A stretch of 64,000 bases of DNA, from contig NC_091290.1 of NCBI RefSeq assembly GCF_032444005.1, positions 7,626,001 through 7,690,000 of the forward strand, given 5' to 3'. Position 1 is the stretch's first letter. The number at the start of each line of letters is the position of its first letter. Both the position numbers and the translations under genes were made by a program. The notes below the pieces were generated by a model. The model was not told the DNA's origin. It was given only the letters and a program-made list of their open reading frames with translations, and made no database searches. Shown piece after piece: positions 1 to 9,485 of this stretch. The stretch comes from Ranitomeya imitator. Lineage: Eukaryota.

Positions 1-355
1 CCCTGGTGTCCATAAAAGATACGATCTATTGAGATACAAAATAGATTATCCTGAAGGGAAAGTGTAAAGAAACAGCACAGAAAAGCCAGAAGTCTCAAAA
101 ATGGTGACACAAACCAATTTTTTTTTTTTTCACCTACTGATATGGTAAAATAAAACGTGTATGTGGCTGGTTAGTAGCAATCGCAATGAGCCGGAGAAAC
201 AATATTAATATTTATTATTATTATTATTATGTAAGTTTCCATTCACTGCTGGAGAGGTTATAAAGTGAGGGCCGTCCCCTTCCGCTCGCTGCAGATTCCC
301 ATCGTTCACAATGTCGTCCTGTCGGTTTCTTCCTGATTCCTCTTCTTCCCATCAG

Positions 356-462
356 ATGGCGTTCCCTGTTCTCAGAATCCGAGCGCGGCCATAAAGAGCT
401 GGATCCACTACAATAAGGAGGAGCGGGAGGGATTCTCCGAGGTGCTGATCTCCAGCCTGAAG
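356..462 (+). CDS. KBTBD4: KBTBD4 penultimate coding exon (end of BACK region)
   Basis: Polypyrimidine tract plus CAG acceptor at 353-355 and AAG|GTAGGA donor at 463. Translates (D)GVPCSQNPSAAIKSWIHYNKEEREGFSEVLISSLK, matching human DGVPCSQNP...WINFNKEERE...SLK from recall. Ends in phase 0 and joins EIGENVHIY at 7193. Confidence 0.93.
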
Positions 463-553
463 GTAGGAACAGTCCACAGTGGAATCGTCACAGCACAACG
501 GTTTACTTTTTGCTACACTTCCATAAGTCATTATCGCTAGTGTTAGGACAGGC

Positions 554-958
554 AGAGCAACCGTGATAGAAAGGTGTCAGGACACGCAGAGCAACCGTGA
601 TAGAAAGGTGTCAGGACACGCAGAGCAACCGTGATAGAAAGGTGTCAGGACACGCAGAGCAACCGTGATAGAAAGGTGTCAGGACACGCAGAGCAACCGT
701 GATAGAAAGGTGTCAGGACACGCAGAGCAACCGTGATAGAAAGGTGTCAGGACACGCAGAGCAACCGTGATAGAAAGGTGTCAGGACACACAGAGCAACC
801 GTGATAGAAAGGTGTCAGGACACGCAGAGCAACACAGCTATGATAGAAAGGTGTCAGGACACGCAGAGCATCGCAGCTGTGATAGAAAGGGGTCAGGACA
901 TGCAGAGCATCACAGCTGTGATAGAAAGGTGTCAGGACACGCAGAGCATCACAGCTCC
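554..958 (+). repeat. Minisatellite, 34-bp unit AGAGCAACCGTGATAGAAAGGTGTCAGGACACGC changing to a 39-bp variant at the 3' end
   Basis: Unit starts at 554 and 588 (period 34). The last copies have the 39-bp form that gives the 13-aa repeat in ORFs 767/801. Confidence 0.95.
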
Positions 959-1494
959 CTGTCTGTGCAGCTGCAGACCTGTCTCATTGCCTGTGGAAAG
1001 CTGCTACAATGGACACCTTATCAGACGTGGAGCGATGGATGTAGTTGCCCCTTCTGGTGAATCCGGTTGTCCTTCATGTGGAGCTCGGGTGCGGTGCTTC
1101 CCTGTTGAAGGTGCGGGACCACCCGGTATGTACGGAGCCACACGGCCTCATATAATGTAGCTGGTTCTCATGTTGTCCGCCATCATATCTAGTAGCCACA
1201 ATCTGCCTCGCGCTTCTTTTCATCTCCTTTACACTTGGTGACATCAGGGATGGTGATTTCCCTACGTGGCGCCATGTTCTGCTCCTCGGATCATTTTCAC
1301 ATCGATTTCCCGGGGCTTCTCCTACTTGTGTCCTGGACGTCGGCAGCAGAGTCAGGGGTCTGGATGTGTGGGGTCTGTACACACACTACTAACATAAAGT
1401 TAGGGACACTTGGCTTTTGGGTGAAATTTATGGAAACTGTAAAGTTCCTGCTACAGTGATCTTTTATCCTGTAAGTCGGGCATTAAGTAGAACG

Positions 1495-3026
1495 AATAAC
1501 TTGTCCTGTGGCCTTCAGCATCAATTACAGCCGACATCATCTGCTGCTAACAAGTGGAGTTATTGTCGCTCGGACATTGCGTCCCACTCTTCTTGTAGCG
1601 CGGCCCTCCGGTCATTGAGGTTCTAGGGTACAGAGTTATGAGCCTCTACATGGTGACCCAGAGGTATTCTGTGTGATTCAGGCCAGGAGAAAGTGTGGAC
1701 TGCTTCATCTGAGGTCCCCCCAGGCTCCATCAGCTGGTCCCTAATGATGCGACCTCGATGAGATGGAGCATGGCCGTCCATGAAGATGACCTTAGGCCGG
1801 TGTCTGTGCATAGCTACAATCAGTGGATTAATGACGTTATTCCCGTAGTAGTGGCCAGTGTAGGGCCGTTCTGTATGACTAGACCATGTAACCACCACCA
1901 AAGCCTCGTTTGGTGACCACAGTGGCTGATGCACAGCGCACTCCTTGAAGTCTCCAACATCATTGGCGGCCATCTTTTGTGCTCAGCGTGAACAGAGTCT
2001 CATCAGTGAACAGCGCTGAGGCCACTAGTCCCTCATCCTGCGTAGATGTTCCCTGGCCCATGGTGGTGCGGTCAGGTACGTTGCCGGTCGTCTAGCACAA
2101 AGACCACGCTGATGTGAATGGTTTTGAATGGTCTGACCCTTGGGCGCCTCTCCCGTCCCTTACATGTGCGGCGTTCATCATCCGGGTCTGAAGGGCATCG
2201 TTCACAATGAAGCAGTCATTAGTGGAGGATGTGGCAGAGGACGTCCACGTCTGTGACTCTTCCGATCTCTCTTTTCACCGGCTGATGACTCTGTGACGCT
2301 CTGAACCCAGTGGCCACTTCTCTGCCTTTCTGTGACTCTTCCCGTCTCTGTAGTCATGGCTGATGACTCTGATGCTCAGTGATCACTTCTCTGCCTTTCT
2401 GTGACTCTTCCAGTCTCTGTAGTCATGGCTGATGACTCTGATGCTCAGTGGCCACTTCTCTGTCTTTCTGTGGCACTTCCAGTCTCTGTAGTCACGGCTG
2501 ATGACTCTGATGCTCAGTACTTCTCTGTCTTTCTGTGGCACTTCCAGTCTCTGTAGTCACGGCTGATGACTCTGACACTCGGAGCTCAGTGGCCACTTCT
2601 CTGCCTTTCTGTGACTCCTCCCGTCTCTGTAGTCACGGCTGATGACTCTGATGCTCAGTACTTCTCTGCCTTTCTATGGCTCTTCCAGTCTCTGTAGTCA
2701 CGGCTGATGACTCTGATGCTCAGTACTTCTCTGCCTTTCTATGGCTCTTCCAGTCTCTGTAGTCACGGCTGATGACTCTGTGACGCTCAGTGGTCACTTC
2801 TCTGCCTTTCTATGGCTCTTCCAGTCTCTGTAGTCACGGCTGATGACTCTGTGACGCTCAGTGGTCACTTCTCTGCCTTTCTATGGCTCTTCCAGTCTCT
2901 GTAGTCACGGCTGATGACTCTGACACTCGGAGCTCAGTGGCCACTTCTGTCTGAGCACATCCTTCCTGAGGCCTCATGATGGTGACGTCCTGTGGGATCA
3001 GCTGTTCGGTGTCGTCTTGGTCTCAT
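1495..3026 (-). pseudogene. Tc1 transposase pseudogene (frameshifts and stops), split by an internal minisatellite
   Basis: The - strand reads ATGAGACCAAGACGACAC at 3026, then segments resembling CSQTEVATELRV, RGLCARRP, WAREHLR, ALFTDE (first catalytic D), FMDGHAPSHRGRII (second D region), the SPDLNxxE-LW motif, ALQEEWDAM and AVIDAEGHRTSY. Confidence 0.85.
2280..2950. repeat. Minisatellite, about 10 copies of 65-78 bp, derived from the Tc1 HTH coding region
   Basis: GGCTGATGACTCT recurs at about 2280, 2358, 2427, 2496, 2561, 2637, 2702, 2767, 2838 and 2909. The reverse complement encodes YRETGRVTERQRSG/VATELRV pieces. Confidence 0.92.
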
Positions 3027-3639
3027 GATGATGACGACTGTTTAATGCCAATTCTAGTTGACCCCTGAACAGTCGCACATGTGCGTTCTGTGGATCCTGT
3101 GTTGCTGGAAACTGCTTATTACTAGAGCAGGAAGGAGCGGCCATTGCCCAGCTGGACAGCCGTATTTGTGACTGACCCTGTCTGTACGTCGCCTCTGCTA
3201 TCACAAACCGCCATGTTGTGCTCACACATCACGACCGCCCTCCGCAGAGAAACCGACCACAGGACGGAGACGACGGCCGCAGCCATTCCTCACACTGCTG
3301 AGGTAAAGTGAAAGCTGAGCCCTGATTGGTTGTTATGGGTAATACACAGTACCACTTGGTCTTGATGGAGGCCCCGTAAGTGTCATCCTGTACAGACCGC
3401 ACAGAGGAAACGTGCCCCCCGCGCCCCCATGTATATGTACAATAAATGTGAAGTAAATGGAGAAAGGTATGTGCCCCCTCCACATTCACTTACTGGATCT
3501 ATTCTGACCTCCTACTCTACATCCATAGACATTAAAGAAGTTCTCCACGATGGGGAAAAAAAAATGACCCCAGTTATGTAATAGAAATGGCAGCCGCTCC
3601 TAGTCATGGGTCAGGACGGTCTGCAGTCTTTAGAAGCAC

Positions 3640-3880
3640 CGCTCCTGAGACCTGCGCCTCACTGACAGAGGAACTGTATGGCACTGGTGAGCGGCTGGAG
3701 ACGGGAAAATAAAAATCTCCTCCTTGGCCAACTGAACACAGAGGACTGAGGCCGGACAATAAAAAATCCTCAGTCAGCCGAGTAGATTTCTTTTCCTGTC
3801 ACCTCCCGTCTTCATCCGCTCACCCGTGTTGTGCTCTTACCATTCAGCTCCTCTGTCAGTTGAGGCGCAGGTGTTGGGAG
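3640..3880. mobile_element. MITE-like inverted-repeat element (Kolobok/T2-like left end TTAA|AGAAGTTCTCCAC at about 3534)
   Basis: ACCTGCGCCTCACTGACAGAGGA (about 3651-3673) is inverted as TCCTCTGTCAGTTGAGGCGCAGGT (about 3849-3872). No matching right terminus found. Confidence 0.45.
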
Positions 3881-4046
3881 CTGTCTCTTCAGACCTCAGC
3901 CTGACTTGTCAATTTTTATTTTTTTTAGAATGAGCTATTCTAATTTTCACATTAAAAAAATAAAGTTTAATTTGAAAATTATCAAGCAATATCTGTTCAC
4001 TTTTTTTTTGTTTGTTTTTTCTTTTTTCCCCTAATGGTTATATAAG

Positions 4047-4121
4047 GAGGAAGAAATAGACGAGGATGTGGAAGACTTCATTTTTGAGTACTCTGAATCA
4101 GACACTGATGAATATGTTGAA
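4047..4121 (+). CDS. Nested gene, exon A (acidic: EEEIDEDVEDFIFEYSESDTDEYVE)
   Basis: TAAG| acceptor after a T-rich tract, 75 nt (25 codons), GAA|GTAGGT donor, phase 0 at both ends. Confidence 0.7.
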
Positions 4122-4218
4122 GTAGGTGTTTTGTTTTTTTTTATTTTTTATTATGAAGCCATCCTATATGTTTTACCTTCCAAACACCGTTGTTTTTATT
4201 TCTCTTGTGTAATAACAG

Positions 4219-4296
4219 GAAAGTTCAGAGGAATATGAAGAAGCACCTGACCGTAAGCATGCGGCCATGATCCGCGTCGAGAGAGAGGGTGAACTC
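4219..4296 (+). CDS. Nested gene, exon B (ESSEEYEEAPDRKHAAMIRVEREGEL)
   Basis: CAG| acceptor at 4216-4218, 78 nt, CTC|GTGAGG donor, phase 0. Flanked by 97-nt and 103-nt T-rich introns. Confidence 0.7.
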
Positions 4297-4361
4297 GTGA
4301 GGTTTCACTAAATTTATTTGTAATATTTTTACACTTTTTTTTTTTTCAAAGAAATGTAATT

Positions 4362-4398
<37 letters not shown>

Positions 4399-4399
4399 G

Positions 4400-4758
4400 C
4401 AGTTCCGGGCTCAACTCCAGAAACGTGTAGAGGAAAACAACCTCCGTACCCCATGGTGCCTCCAGAATGACCCACTATGGGGCCTGGGTGAGGAACGGCC
4501 GCTCCCGCCGCCCGATCCTAAAGGAAGACTGCAGAACACAAACTGGTGTCAGTGCGGGCATTGTTCCATCATGCCTCATGTAGCGGAAAGCGTCTGCTGC
4601 CGAGAGGTTCCCGCCATTAACAGATTCCTAGAAAACGAGTCTTGTGTTACGAGACACATGGACTTTGCCGGCTTCATACTGTCCAGAGACCTTCTCGTTC
4701 AGATGCTTCAGTTCTCCACCAAATTGACAGCGTCAAATTTTGCAGAAAAGGAAAATGG
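4400..4758 (+). CDS. Nested gene, exon C: P2X7 ballast/KolX-like Cys-rich domain, N-half
   Basis: Long poly-T plus TAG| acceptor. Open frame QFRAQLQKR...RLQNTNWCQCGHCSIMPHVAESVCCREV...CVTRHMDF...EKENG. The WCxCGxC..E..CCRE and CVTxHxxF motifs match the P2X7 C-terminal ballast family. GG|GTAAAT donor, phase 2. Confidence 0.85.
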
Positions 4759-4990
4759 GTAAATTTTTTTTTTTTATTTTTTTTGCATATTTTATTTTTA
4801 CCCTGTATCCCATAATGTGATATTGCTGTTCCATCAATATAAAATAATCCGTACAAAAATACCTGTTAAATCTGTTAACTAACAATGGGGCAGAAGTCTC
4901 TGGCTGTCGGCGCATGCTGCAGGTTGCTGAGCCACCTGATGCTTTATTACATGGAGCACAGGGATGGACACGCTGATTGATATTATTTAT

Positions 4991-5700
4991 TTAATAATAA
5001 TAATAATAATAATTTTTATTTATATAGCGCCAACATATTCCGCAGCGCTTTACAAATTATAGAGGGGACTTGTACATACAATAGACATTACAGCATAACA
5101 GAAATACAGTTCAAAACAGATACCAAGAGGAGTGAGGGCCCTGCTCGCAAGCTACAAACTATGAGGAAAAGGGGAGACACGAGAGGTGGATGGTAACAAT
5201 TGCTATAGTTATTCGGACCAGCCATAGTGTAAGGCTTGGGTGTTCATGTAAAGCTGCATGAACCAGTTAATTAATTTATTTATTTTTTTTTTTTTTTAAT
5301 ATAGGCCACACAGGGATCGTTAGGTTAATGCATTGAGGCGGTAGGCCAGTCTGAACAAATGAGTTTTTAGGGCACGCTTAAAACTGTGGGGATTGGGGAT
5401 TAATCGTATTATCCTAGGTAGTGCATTCCAAAGAATCGGCGCAGCACGTGTAAAGTCTTGGAGACGGGAGTGGGAGGTTCTGATTATTGAGGATGCTAAC
5501 CTGAGGTCATTAGCGGAGCGGAGGGCACGGGTAGGGTGGTAGACTGAGACCAGAGAGGAGATGTAGGGTGGTGCTGAGCCATGGAGTGCTTTGTGGATGA
5601 GGGTAGTAGTTTTGTACTGGATTCTTGAGTGGATGGGTAACCAGTGTAATGACTGGCACAAGGTAGAGGCATCGGTGTAACGGTTGGTGAGGAATATGAT
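4991..5700 (-). mobile_element. 5'-truncated L2/CR1-clade LINE (RT C-terminus, 3' UTR and (ATT)n tail) inside the nested gene's last intron
   Basis: ORF 5320-5703(-) carries LHWLPI..RIQYK..LRSAND..F..AAP.LWNALP..IR..FKRALKTHLF. The 3' end has the AGCGC-loop-GCGCT stem, AATAAA and a TTA/ATT repeat tail at about 4991-5052. Confidence 0.88.
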
Positions 5701-5721
5701 CATTTATTTTTTTTCCTCCAG

Positions 5722-5917
5722 GCACCTTCGGGAGGCAGCCTATCGCAGATTCACTACCATGATCTACGGATTTCTCGGGAATAGACGCGGATTAACGGTG
5801 CCTTCGTGTGTGGTCCGTAACATTCGGGAGACGTTCCCGAGCCCCGACGGAAATTATCCCAGCTGTAAATGGTATTGGGAGTCCGTGTCCGGTCCGCCGG
5901 CCGACGTGGCTTTCTAA
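5722..5917 (+). CDS. Nested gene, exon D: ballast/KolX-like domain C-half and stop
   Basis: TTTTCCTCCAG| acceptor; its first G completes the phase-2 GG codon. Reads HLREAAYRRFTTMIYGFLGNRRGLTVPSCVVRNIRETFPSPDGNY...*, compared with P2X7 LRHCAYR...LPSCCRWRIRKEFPKSEGQY from recall. AATAAA follows at about 6237. Confidence 0.85.
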
Positions 5918-6893
5918 GTGATGTCCCGAGCGATCAGACGTGCGCGGCACTTTATCTCTTCACTGTTATGCGGTTTTATATTTCATATGGGAAAAAAAGT
6001 TAACATTTTTCTAAGTTTGTTTAAAAAAAATAAAACGGGGTTTTTTCGGTGTTTTCATAATTTTCCCTTCATGGCTGTGTTATTTGGGATATTATTAGGT
6101 GTTGGTTAAGTTTTGTTTTTATATGAAAAGTTTAAAAAAACCACAAAAAAAAAACCCCTTAAGTTATCGCACTGTATCAGGACAAAGGTTGTATATTTGC
6201 TGTGTTAGATGTTTGTTGTAATTTTTCACAAAGTTGAAATAAAAATTTGTTAAAGAAAAGTGAAAGATCTTTGTTTTTTTTTGTTTTTTATGAGTATTGT
6301 AGTGATTTATCTTAAAGTGGTTGTGACGTCCTCACCTTGATTTGTCATATTGCTATCTGACCTTTACCCTGCTGAGAAACTACCGCCATTATGAGACCTG
6401 TGCCGTAAAGGGTTCACTGTTAGGCAGCTGGTACAGAGGAGCGAGTGGATTTGCAGGTCCCTAGTCCAGCGGCCATGTCAGTCATCCATGGCCGGCATAA
6501 GGGAGCCCTGTGAGCCACCTCCTTTCTGCCAACATGCCCGGATCCTCTTCGGATTTGTAGGTGCAGCACAATGTCCTAGTGGTGGTGTGACGGCCATATT
6601 ATGTAGCGCCAGGATGGTTAATCAGAAGAAGGACCCCGGGGATGCAGGTAGGAGGTGATTCACAGGGCTCCTGTGCGGCAGCCATGGCTTCTGGATGAAG
6701 GTCATGCAGATTGCTTGGCTCCTCTATAGTAGGTGGTACATGTAACCTCCAAATAACGAAAAGCAAAACTGATGCTCTGCATGTTCTGACACCTTTCTAT
6801 GATCACTGTCGCCAGTTTACCAAATCTCCAGGGAGAAATCTTACCCCTTAGACCCATCAGAGGCCGCTCATACAGCTGAATCGGGTTTGTTGC

Positions 6894-6938
6894 TTTGCAC
6901 TGAGGAGGGGCAAACACCCCGAAACAGGTGTCTGCAAA
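6894..6938 (+). ncRNA. Type I hammerhead ribozyme (minimal, Penelope/retrozyme-like), sense to the KBTBD4 intron
   Basis: TTTGCA (6894-99) CTGAGGA (6900-06) GGGG-CAAACA-CCCC (6907-20) GAAA (6921-24) C-AGGT-G T C (cleavage triplet GUC, 6930-32) TGCAAA (6933-38). Complete CUGANGA/GAAA core with stems I, II and a 2-bp stem III. Confidence 0.85.
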
Positions 6939-7192
6939 CAGATTCTGGTTTGGCTCTTATCCTGTGACAAGGCTCGTTAAAGAGTTAAGGATTGCTCCAT
7001 CCAATAAATCCTATACGTGGCTGTTGCGAGCGTTCTTTCCCTCTGGGAGGGCGCTCATTTTCGTAGAGCCTCTGACATATAATTGCTGGGACCTTGTTTT
7101 TTTTTTTTCAGAGTAAATCCCTTTTAATGACCTCCGCTTTTATGTTTTCAGAAAATCTTTTAAAGCGTTTCCTTGTGTATTTTGTCTTTAAG

Positions 7193-8053
7193 GAAATCGG
7201 GGAAAACGTGCACATCTACCTGATCGGGAAGGAGGAATCTCGCACGCACTCCATTGCCGTCTCTCTCCACTGTGCGCAGGACGACTCTATAAGTGTAAGC
7301 GGGCAGAACAGTCTGTGCCACCAGATCACTGCCGCGTGCAAACATGGCGCCGACCTCTACGTGGTAGGAGGGTCCATACCCCGTCGAATGTGGAAATGTA
7401 ATATGGAGACCATGGACTGGGAGCGATGCGCACCGCTTCCCCGGGACCGTCTGCAGCATACGCTGGTGTCCGTGCCCGGCAAGGATGCCATCTACTCCCT
7501 GGGGGGTAAGACCTTGCAGGACTCGCTGTCTAACGTGGTGATTTACTACCGAGTATCGGACAATGTCTGGACAGAGACTAGTCAGCTGGAGGTCAGCATC
7601 TCCGGGGCGGCGGGGGTGAACCTGAACGGGCTCATCTACCTACTGGGAGGCGAGGAGAACGACCTGGACTTCTTCACCAAACCCTCTCGTCTCATCCAGT
7701 GTTTCGATACCACCACAGAGAAGTGCCACGTCAAACCCTACCTGCTGCCGTTTGCGGGTCGAATGCACGCGGCCGTTCACAAGGACCTGGTGTTCATCGT
7801 CGCGGAGGGGGACTCGCTGGTGTGTTATAACCCGCTGCTGGACAGCTTCACCCGGCTGTGCCTGCCCGAGGTCTGGAGCTCGCGGCCAGCGCTCTGGAAA
7901 ATCGCCAGCTGCAACGGCTGCATCTACGTGTTCCGGGATCAATACAAGAAAGGGGACGCCAACACCTTCAAGTTAAACCCCGCCACCTCGGTGGTGACCG
8001 TCACCAGCGGCATTCGCTTTCTGCTTACCAATCTGCAGTTTTTACTGGCATGA
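7193..8053 (+). CDS. KBTBD4: KBTBD4 last coding exon (Kelch repeats)
   Basis: TTTAAG| acceptor at 7192. EIGENVHIYLIGKE..THSIAVSLHC..GGSIPRRMWKC..DRLQHTLVSVPGKDAIYSLGGK..LLTNLQFLLA* is nearly identical to vertebrate KBTBD4. The ORF-track start at 7094 is intronic read-through. Confidence 0.97.
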   Translation, partial: EIGENVHIYLIGKEESRTHSIAVSLHCAQDDSISVSGQNSLCHQITAACKHGADLYVVGGSIPRRMWKCNMETMDWERCAPLPRDRLQHTLVSVPGKDAIYSLGGKTLQDSLSNVVIYYRVSDNVWTETSQLEVSISGAAGVNLNGLIYLLGGEENDLDFFTKPSRLIQCFDTTTEKCHVKPYLLPFAGRMHAAVHKDLVFIVAEGDSLVCYNPLLDSFTRLCLPEVWSSRPALWKIASCNGCIYVFRDQYKKGDANTFKLNPATSVVTVTSGIRFLLTNLQFLLA

Positions 8054-8854
8054 TGCTTTGTCGGACGACTGGAGACGCCGCTCGTTGCTTTGGTTCTTGG
8101 ATTTAAAAAAAAAATATATATGAAAATCTGGTCGTAAAGAAGAAAGCGGGATGGGACTGCCAGCCTAAAATGGTGGCATTAGTGAAGCGTCCTCTGCCGT
8201 CTTCTTGCCGCTGCTGAATCTATGCTTAGATGCTTTTGTTTAGAGTCAAGACAAACCAGTCCCATCCACATCCAGAATCCTAAATCTTGATTGTGGTGAT
8301 ACATCACAAGCTCCAATCAATGGGGACGTCGGGAGGATAAAATAGGGAAAAAAAGGCAGAAACCTTTGACTGGGCGCAGTTCCCCTCGGCTCCACTAGGT
8401 GGCTGATGGTTGGCGCGTGTGGACTTTCTGTAGGCCGCAGAGGAGACCAGGGCCCATCACACCCTCCGCTGATCACTTCTGCCTTTTTCTACAGTCGTTG
8501 GGGTCCTGGCACCCGAGTCCCACGTAAAAACTTCTGACAATTGGCAGCGATCTATCTGACAGCGCCTCGTTAGCAGCAGCCGTTTATGCCCGTCTGACGA
8601 TGATGCGCTATTGGGAAATGCCAGAAGAAAAATGAACTATTATGTAGATCAGGGTTTTGTGTTAAACTTACTTTGTTTTTTTTTAATATCACAATCCATA
8701 TTAAAAAAATCAAAATATGAAATCTTTGAAAAAAATTTTGCCCACTGGGACTATTCCTGTTGTTTTGAAGAAATCCACATGTACATGATCTGCAATGAAC
8801 AAACAGATGCTGTGTTTTGTATTGAGGCATCTAATGAGCGTGTGCAAAGCTCAT

Positions 8855-9485
8855 TGTACAGGAGGGGGAGGTGAGCTGTGACAACACAGGATGCACCATT
8901 CACAATAGGTGATATCACAGCTCACCTCCTCCTCCTGTACAATGACTGATAACACCTCTATATACAGTAGATATCAGTCATTGTACAGGAGGAGGAGGTG
9001 AGCTGTGACATCACCTATTGTGAATGGTGGATCCTGTGTTATCTACTGTATATAGGTGTTATTGGTCATTGTACAGGAGGAGGTGAGCTGTGATATCATG
9101 TATTGTGAATGGTGGATCCAGTGTTATCTACTGTATATAGAGGTGCTATCAGTCATTGTACAGGAGGAGGAGGTGAGCTGTGACATCACCTATTGTGAAT
9201 GGTGGATCCTGTGTTATCTACTGTATATAGGTGTTATTGGTCATTGTACAGGAGGAGGTGAGCTGTGATATCATGTATTGTGAATGGTGGATCCAGTGTT
9301 ATCTACTGTATATAGAGGTGTTATCAGTCATTGTACAGGAGGAGGAGGAGGTGAGCTGTGACATCTATTGTGAATGGTGGATCCAGTGTTATCTACTGTA
9401 TATAGAGGTGTTATCAGTCATTGTACAGGATGAGGAGGTGAGCTGTGACATCTATGGTGAATGGTGGATCCTGTGTTATCAATCA
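8855..9485. repeat. Minisatellite, 87-90-bp unit (about 6 copies), preceded by one inverted copy
   Basis: GTCATTGTACAGG at 8977, 9065, 9152, 9240, 9327 and 9417. A reverse-complement unit lies at about 8882-8970. Confidence 0.9.

Larger units (their letters stand above)
1384..3100 (-). mobile_element. Decayed Tc1/mariner element, one TIR-like end visible
   Basis: Tc1-type terminus CACTACTAACATAAAGTTAGGGA at about 1384. Transposase remnants on the - strand (next entry). The opposite TIR was not found. Confidence 0.8.

Noticed and set aside
2280-2950. Repeated CTGATGA as tandem hammerhead cores (retrozyme-like array)
   Set aside because: No stem II or GAAA follows; the motif is the reverse complement of Tc1 coding sequence (TCATCAG).
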